In this document: positions 29,504 to 37,817 of the stretch, piece by piece
Layout of the letters: the number at the start of each line of letters is the position of its first letter
Position numbering within the stretch: the first letter of the stretch is position 1
Source of the DNA: Dehalococcoidia bacterium
Lineage (GTDB): Bacteria > Chloroflexota > Dehalococcoidia > DSTF01 > JACRBR01
Assembly (NCBI GenBank): GCA_035650575.1
Contig: DASRHM010000114.1
Location: 2,265-66,264 of the forward strand
DNA length: 64,000 bases
Reading direction: 5' to 3'
Position numbers and translations under genes: made by a program
The notes under the pieces: generated by a model
What the model was told of the DNA's origin: nothing
The model's database searches: none
Seen by the model: the letters and a program-made list of their open reading frames with translations, nothing else

Positions 29504-30139
29504 GGGCCTAGCAGCGGCCGTACGTCAGGCCCAACGCTCACCGCCTAACCTCGACGCGCCGGCTCCCCTATTCGAGAGCACGTATGGTAATTGCCGGCCA
29601 GGCGCATCGCGGCGGTCATGTCCTCTACGTGGATGTCGGTCAGCTCGAATTCACGCATGTGCTCACGGAGTTCTCGTGGACGGAGGTCCGCGTCTTCGAT
29701 GATCAGGTGGTCGCAGCGCTTCAACATCTCCGAGAGGACGCTGGCTCGGGCCGAACTGATTAGCGCAGATGGGTCGAATCGTCGCACGGGCAAGTAGAGT
29801 TCGCTCCCAATCCGCGCGCCATCAGCGACCAGAGTCAGCGCGGCGAAGTAGCTGGAAAGCGCTGGCTGTGCCCAACGTGCCCGTCGGCCACCTGGTCCAC
29901 GTATTTGGTGGGGGACTCGCGTTCCTCCGCACGGAGCGGATCGAACAGCAGATCCGGCTCAGCGATACGAATGAGTCGCGCCTCGCATCGCTTCTCTTGT
30001 TGCTGCTGTACCAACGAAACGCCTTGCACAGGACCTGGTAGAGTTCCTTCAGAACGATGGATCCCGCGACGTGACTGAAGAGGCGGCCGGGTTATCTCTC
30101 GGCTGAGTCTGTCGCCACAGTGGCAGGGACTACGCATGA

Positions 30140-33100
30140 TCACGCTTTTCCAAAGACGTCCTGGAGTTCCCTCAGCTGGTCGTGCCAAGTCGGCGGCGTC
30201 GTGAATCGCAAAGCTACGACCCGGTAACCCGCATCCTCCAACGCCGTGCGAGCAGCTGCATCCTTTCGCTGCTGGTGTACTGTGTGGTGCGCCGCGCCAT
30301 CGATGAACACGCAGATTCCAGGGGCGCCACTGTCTCGCTCGTAATAGAAGTCGGGCTGGGCGGCGATGCGCGAATCGGGCCTATTCTGTGCATTGTCAGG
30401 AAGGCGATGGCCGTACTCATACAGGTGGTCAAGGAAAGAAGCTTCTGCACGTGATCGCGGATCCAGCAATCCTCTGAGCCGCTGGTATTGGTCGTCGCGC
30501 GACCGACCCTTCGATTCCACCACGAGACTCGATGCCAATCTCAGCAGATGATCACGAATAAGCCGACGGTCGATCAGCCGTTGTTCGATCTGGTTGGAGT
30601 AACTTAGGAGGCACTCGTAGCAGCCCACGACGCACTGAAAGTCCCTCGGGGCCAGTTCTTGGCCAGTCGCAGCATCATAGTGACAGACCGACAGCGCGCG
30701 TCTGGCGACTGCAGCGAGAGCCCCGGCCTCCTCAACGATGCGCTCGAACACACCGGTTCCACCTTCCGCAGCTTCCCAGAACAGGATGCCGCGACGCTCA
30801 CCGCTGCCGATGAGCTCCGCCTCGATTTCCTGCTGTTCCACCTGGTATTCGAGCTCGATGCCGTGCCTGAGAGCGTAGAGGAGCGTCGTCAAGAACGGGT
30901 CGTCTCGATTGGGGGCGGGGTAATACAAGAGCAGGTTGCGGTGGTCGAACACGAACGGCTTGAGCCCCGCGATCGGTGCCGGCAGATCAGGCTCGTCGTC
31001 ATCAGCGACGACGGCGTCGGCCTCCATCTTCCGCCACCGTCCGGTCGATGGCTCAATTTGATACCCCTTGCGGTCACTTTGACGCCGGCCGTGGTTGATT
31101 CGCCAGAGCGTGGCAGCCTGGCCGTAAATCAGATGAGCAAGCTCATCCCCCTCGGAGCTGCGTATCGATGCAGGGCGGCGCCGCGCAGGCGGCACGAAGC
31201 AGAAATGGGTGGACGTGGCGTACCCATTGCGGAGCCGCTCCTCCTCGTCTGAAGAGATCCGGTCAGTAATGCGCGCCCTCATTGTCGGCTGCTCCAGAAG
31301 CTTCTCTTCCAGCCGCGACGCGCTGGCATCGAGCCGGCCACCGCAGCCATCGCACAACTCGTTGTCGACGCGCTCGTCGGTGTGGATGTAACCACAGTTG
31401 ATGCAGATACGGCCTCTGCGCAGCCTTCCTTCCAGGCCCGTGACAGGCACGATCGCCGCATCAACACGATGCTTCCGCCCTTCGTGATAGACGATGTTCA
31501 TCGGGGCGAACTCGGTCAGGCCAATAAACCGCGGACGGTCGATCGATTTCGCCGTGTCTCGAACACTGACCATCACGCGCACGGGAAGCCGAGGGAAGTT
31601 GTAGCCGGGAAGGAATCCCTCAGCGCCCAAATAGCGGTAAGGGTAGAAATCGGATTCCTGCAAACGCGACTCGCTCTTGCTCGCGCTCGCGTTGAGCAAC
31701 AGGTCGAGTTCGCGCCTTGCCTCACGCTCCCGTTGCTCAGCGCGTTCCTTCTCGCGCTGGTCTGGCCTCGGCGCATCGATGATCGCCCGGGCTCCGTCGC
31801 GCATGTCTTCCGCCGACCGGTACAGTTCGCGCCAGCGTCCGAGAGCGGTCTCCAGCGCCGATGGCGCCTCGCGAATTGTGCGTGCGAGCCAGTCCTCGCT
31901 GAACCACCATGCTTGCCGGATCTCGGGGGCTCGCTCAATCACGGCCCTCGCAGCGGCAAGAGCTTTGTCATACCACTGATCTGTACGTGCAATGTCGTCC
32001 TTTTTTTGGAGCGGATATTGCCGTGTGCGATCGGTCAGGTCGAGGACGTCGGCCATACTCTGGCCGAAGGAGATGCTCGTCTCCGAAAGCCACGTCGCCT
32101 GGAGGTGCGCCTGCACTAACTCCGGATTCTGGAGGTCCATGCGCGCCGGAGCGACGGCGCCAGCAATCATCCGCTCACGTTGGCGGAAGAAGTACTGATC
32201 GTGCACGTTGCCTTGCGCGGCGAACGTCAGAATCAAGGCGGGCCGGCCGCCACGTCCAGCTCGTCCGCTGCGCTGTGCGTAGTTGGCAGGTGTGGGCGGC
32301 ACGTTGCGGAGATGAACGCTGTTGAGGTCTCTGATGTCGACACCGAGCTCCATGGTCGGTGAACAGAACAGGGCCGGTAGTTCTCCCTTGCGGAAGCGCT
32401 CCTCACGGTCGATGCGGTCATCCACATCGACCTGACCCGTGTGTTCCCGTCCAAGCATCCCGCGCAGGTCACGGGCGCCCACGCGATACAACTCGCGAAA
32501 GTACGAGTTCGGTTCGCGCGCGCCCACCTCACGGCGAAGGTACAGCGCTCGCGAGCGGACTCTGTCAGGGGGTGGCGCCACGCCCGTGCCGGGCAGCCAG
32601 CGAATCGCGCTCGCAAGCACCCGAACGCCGCGTTCCGTCCCCCGTCGCGACACAACGCTGAGAATGTGGCCCCGAAGGTTCTCCACGATGCCCCGTATGA
32701 GCTGCTCGCCCTCCTGCGTAGACAGGTCGTGGTCCAGATCCCACGTGCGCTTGGAACGCAGATATCGCCCGATCGCCGAGCGCGACGTCATCCGGGTGTA
32801 CCGCCGTCGCCACTCAGTCTCATCAGGTTCAACACCGGGTAACAGCACGAGCGACTGGCGGATCAGCTGGTCTCGCGGGTCGAGCGCCCAGGGATCGCGC
32901 AGCCCCTGACTCTCCGTCGCCCGCATCGTGAGACGGCGAGTCGCCTGCTCCGTGAGGAGGTCAGCCTCGATCGCGAGCTGCGTCCGGAGGTGATCGAGCA
33001 CGGCTCCAAGGACCTCTTCTCGCCGACCCGGTGGGGCGCCCCCGATTCCGGGCAGCCGTTGCCAACGGGCGTCGTCGGCGGCGAGCTCGCGCAGGCCGTC

Positions 33101-35296
33101 ATAGTCGATGCGCAGCAGCCCGGCCTGTTCGAGATTCGGCTGTGCAACCCGCCAGCCGCGACTGAGGTCCTCGATCGCACGATATTGCAGCAGCTCGATC
33201 ATCACGTCGCGCAGGCGCTGATATCCCGGGCTTCCGAGGGGAAGGTCTTCCTTTAGGAAGTCCGCGGGCCGGAAGTCCAGCTCCTCGAATATGGCCGGTC
33301 CGAGCTCGCCGAAATCGAGACTTCCGCGCTTCTGTACCGCGCTTGCGATCGCCGATCGCAACTGCGCGACGGTCACGAAGTCATTGAGATGTCCGGCCTG
33401 GAGCGACGCGTCCTGGCGGTTGTCGGTAAAGCTGAGGATCTTGCACGCTTCAGGGTCCACGTCACCAGCACGACGCATGTTTGCGACGGCGGCATGCACT
33501 ACGACAGAGGTGGCGGTCGAGCGGCCGATCTGGCTCAGCGACGAGAGCTTGTAGAAGTCCCTGTTGCGGAAGTCATATGCCGCCCGGCAGCGGAGACAGA
33601 GCATCAGCGGCCGCGGCTGGAACCAGCCGTGCACGCCTTCGCCGGCGTGGCCGTCGCGGAGCGTACCGTCCGCCGACGCTGTGAACGCGCGTGGCACGTG
33701 GGGCAGGTAGTTCTCCTTGATGCGCGGACCGGATTTGCGCTCCACGAACCAGAAGTCGGGCAGCTCATCCTCGTCGTTGCCCCAGAGCCGGTCGTCGGGC
33801 GTGCCGGGCTCGGTGCTGAAGAAGCCGCCCTCGCCCGGAATGTCTTCGTCAGACGCACCCACGATCGGCGATCGCGGCACGAGCCGCGCGCCGTCGCCCT
33901 CTCCTATTAGCGAACACAGGTAGTACTCCTGGCCACATTCGCGGCAGAACACCAGCGGGAACAGTACGCGCTCCTCGTCGAGCTTGTACTGCGCCTCCAT
34001 CGTGAGCGGACGGCGATCGGGCGGCTCCAGCGTCGTGTAGACGCTGCTGCCGGACGACAGGAACTGGTGCAGCCGGAAGGGAAAGACTCGCTGATCCTCA
34101 GCGATGCGCGCCGCATTCCCCACCTCGAGCACGGCGCGTAGCCGCTGCCGGCACGTGTCCTCGCCGACGCCGGATTGCGACGCCAGCCGTCGCACCGCCT
34201 CGTCGAAGGTCACCGGCGGTTGCCGGACCAGCCTCCCCTCCTCGACCGTGAGGCCGAATGTCTCCTCCGCCCAGGCGGCCAACGGGTGATGCGTCACCTC
34301 GTCGACGCCGGCGCCGACGGGAGCGTCCGCAGGCACCATCGGCGGCGGCTGCATCTGGACCGCCGCCCGCAGCTCCTGGGGCGTCGCCGGTGCCGGGACC
34401 TGCGTCACGCGGCGGAGGGTCTCGTCGATGACATTGGCGGGCGGCACCTCGACGCCGAACAACCTCGACGCGACCTCGGCGATCGTGCGATGCCGCTCCT
34501 CGCGCGTGCCCTCGGTCGTGAGCGTCGCGCTGGTGCCGACCATCTGCAGATCGTGGCCGGCGCGCTGCTGGACGCGGCGCAGCAGCATCGCGACGTCAGC
34601 GCCCTGGCGTCCGCGATAGAAGTGCAGCTCGTCCATCACGAGGAATCGCAGGTCGCGTGTCGCCGTCTCAACCAGGGTGCGCTCCCAGGGCCGGACGAGG
34701 AAGTACTCGAGCATCACGTAGTTGGTGAGGAGGATGTGCGGCGGATCCGCGAGGATTCGGTCGCGATCTGCCTCCTTGGTCTGACCTGTGTATTGATCGA
34801 ATCGCACGGAGCAATCGGCGAAATTGAGGTCGCGGTACTCCTGCAGCGCCTTGAGCTGGCTGTTGATGAGCGCGTTCATCGGATAGACGATGATCGCGCG
34901 CACGGAGTGCCGCTCCGGCTGCGCGCGCATGATCTCGTCGAAGATCGGCACGAGGTACGTCAGGCTCTTGCCGGACCCGGTGCCCGTGGTGACGACGTAC
35001 GGCTCGCCGCGCTTCGCGATCTCCAGCGCCTGCTTCTGGTGCCGGTGCAGCCGGATGCCCTCGCCGAAGAAGCGCGCCGTCTCGGGCACCAGCGTGCCGT
35101 CCTTCGCCAGCTCGCCGAGCGTCTCGTCCTGCTCGTAGGCCGGGTTGAGCTGCAGTACCGCCTCCGGCCAGAGCACGCCCTTGGCCAGCTCCTCGCGCAC
35201 GAAGTCGTTGATGCGGTCGTCGAGCACGCGCACGAAGCTCTCGACGTACCGCCGGTACTCGTCGACTACGCCATCACGAAGCTTGAAGACGTCCAT
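30140..35296 (-). CDS. Giant (1718 aa) defense helicase: DEAD/DEAH-box helicase core + DUF1998-like Cys4 zinc module + C-terminal DUF559/Vsr-like PD-(D/E)xK nuclease domain (fused DrmA/DrmB-like protein)
   Basis: Helicase motif I VVTTGTGSGKSLTY and motif II VMDELHFY; multiple CxxC pairs (CRECGQEYYLC, ICINCGYIH...CDGCGG, VGCYECLLSYSNQ) typical of DUF1998/MrfA C-termini; extreme C-terminus ICVFIDGAAHHTVHQQRKDAAARTALEDAGYRVVALRF matches the DUF559 consensus. ATG at 35296 follows an AGGGACGGG RBS, 15 nt after the DUF4411 stop. Confidence 0.85.
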   Translation of the reverse strand: MDVFKLRDGVVDEYRRYVESFVRVLDDRINDFVREELAKGVLWPEAVLQLNPAYEQDETLGELAKDGTLVPETARFFGEGIRLHRHQKQALEIAKRGEPYVVTTGTGSGKSLTYLVPIFDEIMRAQPERHSVRAIIVYPMNALINSQLKALQEYRDLNFADCSVRFDQYTGQTKEADRDRILADPPHILLTNYVMLEYFLVRPWERTLVETATRDLRFLVMDELHFYRGRQGADVAMLLRRVQQRAGHDLQMVGTSATLTTEGTREERHRTIAEVASRLFGVEVPPANVIDETLRRVTQVPAPATPQELRAAVQMQPPPMVPADAPVGAGVDEVTHHPLAAWAEETFGLTVEEGRLVRQPPVTFDEAVRRLASQSGVGEDTCRQRLRAVLEVGNAARIAEDQRVFPFRLHQFLSSGSSVYTTLEPPDRRPLTMEAQYKLDEERVLFPLVFCRECGQEYYLCSLIGEGDGARLVPRSPIVGASDEDIPGEGGFFSTEPGTPDDRLWGNDEDELPDFWFVERKSGPRIKENYLPHVPRAFTASADGTLRDGHAGEGVHGWFQPRPLMLCLRCRAAYDFRNRDFYKLSSLSQIGRSTATSVVVHAAVANMRRAGDVDPEACKILSFTDNRQDASLQAGHLNDFVTVAQLRSAIASAVQKRGSLDFGELGPAIFEELDFRPADFLKEDLPLGSPGYQRLRDVMIELLQYRAIEDLSRGWRVAQPNLEQAGLLRIDYDGLRELAADDARWQRLPGIGGAPPGRREEVLGAVLDHLRTQLAIEADLLTEQATRRLTMRATESQGLRDPWALDPRDQLIRQSLVLLPGVEPDETEWRRRYTRMTSRSAIGRYLRSKRTWDLDHDLSTQEGEQLIRGIVENLRGHILSVVSRRGTERGVRVLASAIRWLPGTGVAPPPDRVRSRALYLRREVGAREPNSYFRELYRVGARDLRGMLGREHTGQVDVDDRIDREERFRKGELPALFCSPTMELGVDIRDLNSVHLRNVPPTPANYAQRSGRAGRGGRPALILTFAAQGNVHDQYFFRQRERMIAGAVAPARMDLQNPELVQAHLQATWLSETSISFGQSMADVLDLTDRTRQYPLQKKDDIARTDQWYDKALAAARAVIERAPEIRQAWWFSEDWLARTIREAPSALETALGRWRELYRSAEDMRDGARAIIDAPRPDQREKERAEQREREARRELDLLLNASASKSESRLQESDFYPYRYLGAEGFLPGYNFPRLPVRVMVSVRDTAKSIDRPRFIGLTEFAPMNIVYHEGRKHRVDAAIVPVTGLEGRLRRGRICINCGYIHTDERVDNELCDGCGGRLDASASRLEEKLLEQPTMRARITDRISSDEEERLRNGYATSTHFCFVPPARRRPASIRSSEGDELAHLIYGQAATLWRINHGRRQSDRKGYQIEPSTGRWRKMEADAVVADDDEPDLPAPIAGLKPFVFDHRNLLLYYPAPNRDDPFLTTLLYALRHGIELEYQVEQQEIEAELIGSGERRGILFWEAAEGGTGVFERIVEEAGALAAVARRALSVCHYDAATGQELAPRDFQCVVGCYECLLSYSNQIEQRLIDRRLIRDHLLRLASSLVVESKGRSRDDQYQRLRGLLDPRSRAEASFLDHLYEYGHRLPDNAQNRPDSRIAAQPDFYYERDSGAPGICVFIDGAAHHTVHQQRKDAAARTALEDAGYRVVALRFTTPPTWHDQLRELQDVFGKA

Positions 35297-35313
35297 GCCC
35301 GTCCCTCGTCGCC

Positions 35314-35784
35314 CTAGATAGACCAGCCCTGCTCCCGGATCACGTCGACCAGTCGAACGCAACGGACGCCGAGAGCCGTACAAACGTCCGGGATGTTCGG
35401 CTTGGCGGTGTTCCCAGTAGGCATTTCGTCGGTCACAACCGCGCAAGCGCGCTGCACCGCAAGCGCGATCACGAATGGATCCGCTGCGGATCGATTCGTG
35501 CGGGTGTCTACGAGTCGCGGGTAGTCCCTCATGATATCTCGAACGATCGGTTGAACCTCATCGTCAATAGGGACGAATAGAGCGGGACGCTCACGCGCCC
35601 ACTGATAAAGCTCGTCGTCTTTTCTCTCGATCTCGACGCGAACCTCATCGGAGGCGATCAACACGGCGTTTTGGACCAGCCCATCTATCCTCCCCCAGAC
35701 TGTTGGGAATATGTCTGGAGGATAATGCTTCCGCCAGGCATTGATCAGCATGCTAGAGTCACCGCTGTACGCAGGATTGGGCAT
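35314..35784 (-). CDS. DUF4411-family protein (PIN-like putative nuclease/effector)
   Basis: 156 aa; its start ATG overlaps the ImmA-gene stop (ATGA). DUF4411 assignment made from memory of the family; it pairs with HTH-ImmA genes in defense islands. Confidence 0.55.
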   Translation of the reverse strand: MPNPAYSGDSSMLINAWRKHYPPDIFPTVWGRIDGLVQNAVLIASDEVRVEIERKDDELYQWARERPALFVPIDDEVQPIVRDIMRDYPRLVDTRTNRSAADPFVIALAVQRACAVVTDEMPTGNTAKPNIPDVCTALGVRCVRLVDVIREQGWSI

Positions 35785-36962
35785 CAGGACGCAGCCCTCA
35801 TGAGATCGCTCTCGATGCGCGACAAGTGCTTGAGCCGGACCCCCAAGAGCCCGGCGACGTCACTCGCCGTGATGCGATCCTGGGAGTAGCTGGCGAGCAC
35901 CAGACGCACGAACGCCGGGCCAGCGCTCGCGAGTGCCATCCGGTGTGGCGGAGCGAAACCGCCTTCGCGGGACGGCTGACGCAAGTATTCCTCGTGGAAC
36001 TCGCGTAGCTTAGCCTCGAAGTATGCGTTCGTAATGACGTCTAGCGTCCGGAGACGACGGAGAATCACTTCGCGACTGACCCCGAAGGTCTCGGCTAGCT
36101 GGCGCAGATCGGTGTCGCTCCAGCTGGAGACGGTGGCCCCCGACGATATCAACGGAGTGCCGAGCAGTCGATCGCGCGGCACGAGAGCAGCCGCAGCGAC
36201 GCGGTTGCACAACTGCTCTATCCTCTGGTCATCCGTCCCGCCGGTAGGCAGCTCTTCAGGCGAGACGTTGCAGAGTCCGAATTGCCGAAGTGCGAGGTGC
36301 GTCAGCTCATGGAAGAGGCTGAAGATGCGACCGGCAATTGCATCCTTGATGTTCAGAACTATGGCGGGAAGGCGTTCGGAGTAGATGCAGAAAGCCCGCA
36401 TTTCCTTGAGTTCAACGTCAGTGGCTTGAAAGACTAGAACTCCGGCGGTCTCGAACTTTGCGCGCAACGCGTTTAACGTTTCGTAGCCAGCAGCCCAGCG
36501 CTCCTGTTCTGCGCCGGTTAGACCGACGAACTCCCGGAGCCGGACACCAAGGTTCTCGGAATCCTCATGGTCATCCGCCGTCAGGACGAAAGCCGGCGCC
36601 TCCCCCTCCATCGCCTCGAGCAGATCCTGCGCGATCTCACGTCGGTCTTGAGCGAGCCGCACTTGGAAGCGCAGCTCTGGCGATTCGACCGGCGTGTCTC
36701 CGGGTAGTCTTCTGAAGTCACGAAGTGCCTGAAACTCGGTCGGCGGCTCGGGCAAGTAGAAGACGGCAAGTGGCCGCTTGTACGCTGTGCCGAGCTTCCG
36801 AAGTTGCGCGATGGTAGGACGGCCTTCGCCGCGCTCCCAGCCCTCTAGGCGGTCGGGCTTAACCGGGATCTTCTTGGCGGCCGTCGCTACGTCAAGGCCC
36901 GCGCTTCCTCTGGCCCAGGCGAGCACCGCAGGTTCAACTTGAGCTTCAACGCGAACGGTCAT
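35784..36962 (-). CDS. XRE-type HTH fused to ImmA/IrrE-family zinc metallopeptidase
   Basis: N-terminal HTH (LDVATAAKKIPVKPDRLEGWERGEGRPTIAQLRKLGTAYKRP) and HEXXH motif SLFHELTHLAL in the ImmA/IrrE (COG2856) context. ATG at 36962 preferred over the TTG at 36995. Confidence 0.8.
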   Translation of the reverse strand: MTVRVEAQVEPAVLAWARGSAGLDVATAAKKIPVKPDRLEGWERGEGRPTIAQLRKLGTAYKRPLAVFYLPEPPTEFQALRDFRRLPGDTPVESPELRFQVRLAQDRREIAQDLLEAMEGEAPAFVLTADDHEDSENLGVRLREFVGLTGAEQERWAAGYETLNALRAKFETAGVLVFQATDVELKEMRAFCIYSERLPAIVLNIKDAIAGRIFSLFHELTHLALRQFGLCNVSPEELPTGGTDDQRIEQLCNRVAAAALVPRDRLLGTPLISSGATVSSWSDTDLRQLAETFGVSREVILRRLRTLDVITNAYFEAKLREFHEEYLRQPSREGGFAPPHRMALASAGPAFVRLVLASYSQDRITASDVAGLLGVRLKHLSRIESDLMRAAS

Positions 36963-37031
36963 AGTGCCCAAAAGCCTACACGGCACCCCCAGCAACGGCG
37001 ATGGACGCGCCGCAACTGCGAGAGCGCCTCC

Positions 37032-37817
37032 TCACGCCGTCTCGCTCGGCAGCGGTTTCCCCGCGGCCAGGAGATCATACGACTCCAGCACCAACCGCAT
37101 CGTCCGGTACTCCCCCCAGCGCGCGATCTCCTTGTTCTTCAGCCCCCGGAACGATTCACTCGGCGGCTGGGCGTCGAGGATCCATTCCAGGTCGGGGCCG
37201 TCGAGCTGGTAGAGGTGGGCGATGATGGCGTCGATCTCGCAGCGGAGCTGGAGCCGGCGGCCCTCGTCCCAGGCGTACGGCGGCCGTCGTAGCCGAGGTC
37301 GCGGGCGAACGGCGCCAGGTCGTCGGCCGTGTACGTCAGCTCCAGCACGCGTGGTACCAGCAGTTCCGCGTACGTGCAGCCGACCGGTGACCGTTCGAGG
37401 AAGTACTGCGGCGGCAACACGGGCAACTGCTTCACGATGAAGAAGTTCATGTTGACGCCGCCGACCGAGAAGCGGGCCGCCCAGTCGAGCACGATGGAGT
37501 CAAGGTTTGCGAGAAGCAACGACGCCGCGGCGGCGACTGGATCAATGCGAAGCAGCGTCGTTGAGTCGCTAAAGCCGGATACGCCCGAGCCGGCGACTAT
37601 CGTCGTGCGCTCGTCAGTCGCGCGTGTGATCTTCCTGAATGCCTGCAGCCATCCATGGCCAAGCTGTCCGACGAGCGGCGCCTTGTTGCTCACGGCTGTC
37701 GCCTCGATGACTGCGACGATTGCGGTGCGCTCATCGGTCGCGCGCGCGATATCGCGGAATGCGAGAAGCCAACCACAATACCACTGTTCCCGAGCGCCAC
37801 TGCGCCGGTCATTGCCA
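37032..37817 (-). pseudogene. Out-of-frame C-terminal remnants of the PglX/DrmMI-like methyltransferase (two frames)
   Basis: The frame open from the SSR to about 37139 encodes ...NMNFFIVKQLPVLPP...LELTYTADDLAPFARDLGYDG. After a 1-nt deletion in a C run (about 37283) the next frame encodes PPYAWDEGRRLQLRCEIDAIIAHLYQLDGPDLEWILD...YGEYRTMRLVLESYDLLAAGKPLPSETA*, the conserved PglX-type C-terminus. Confidence 0.7.

Noticed and set aside
29545-30188. Two small minus-strand ORFs (82 aa with TTG start; 117 aa overlapping the helicase 3' end)
   Set aside because: Different frames, no recognisable motifs, and one overlaps the helicase stop. Treated as possible decayed remnants rather than genes.
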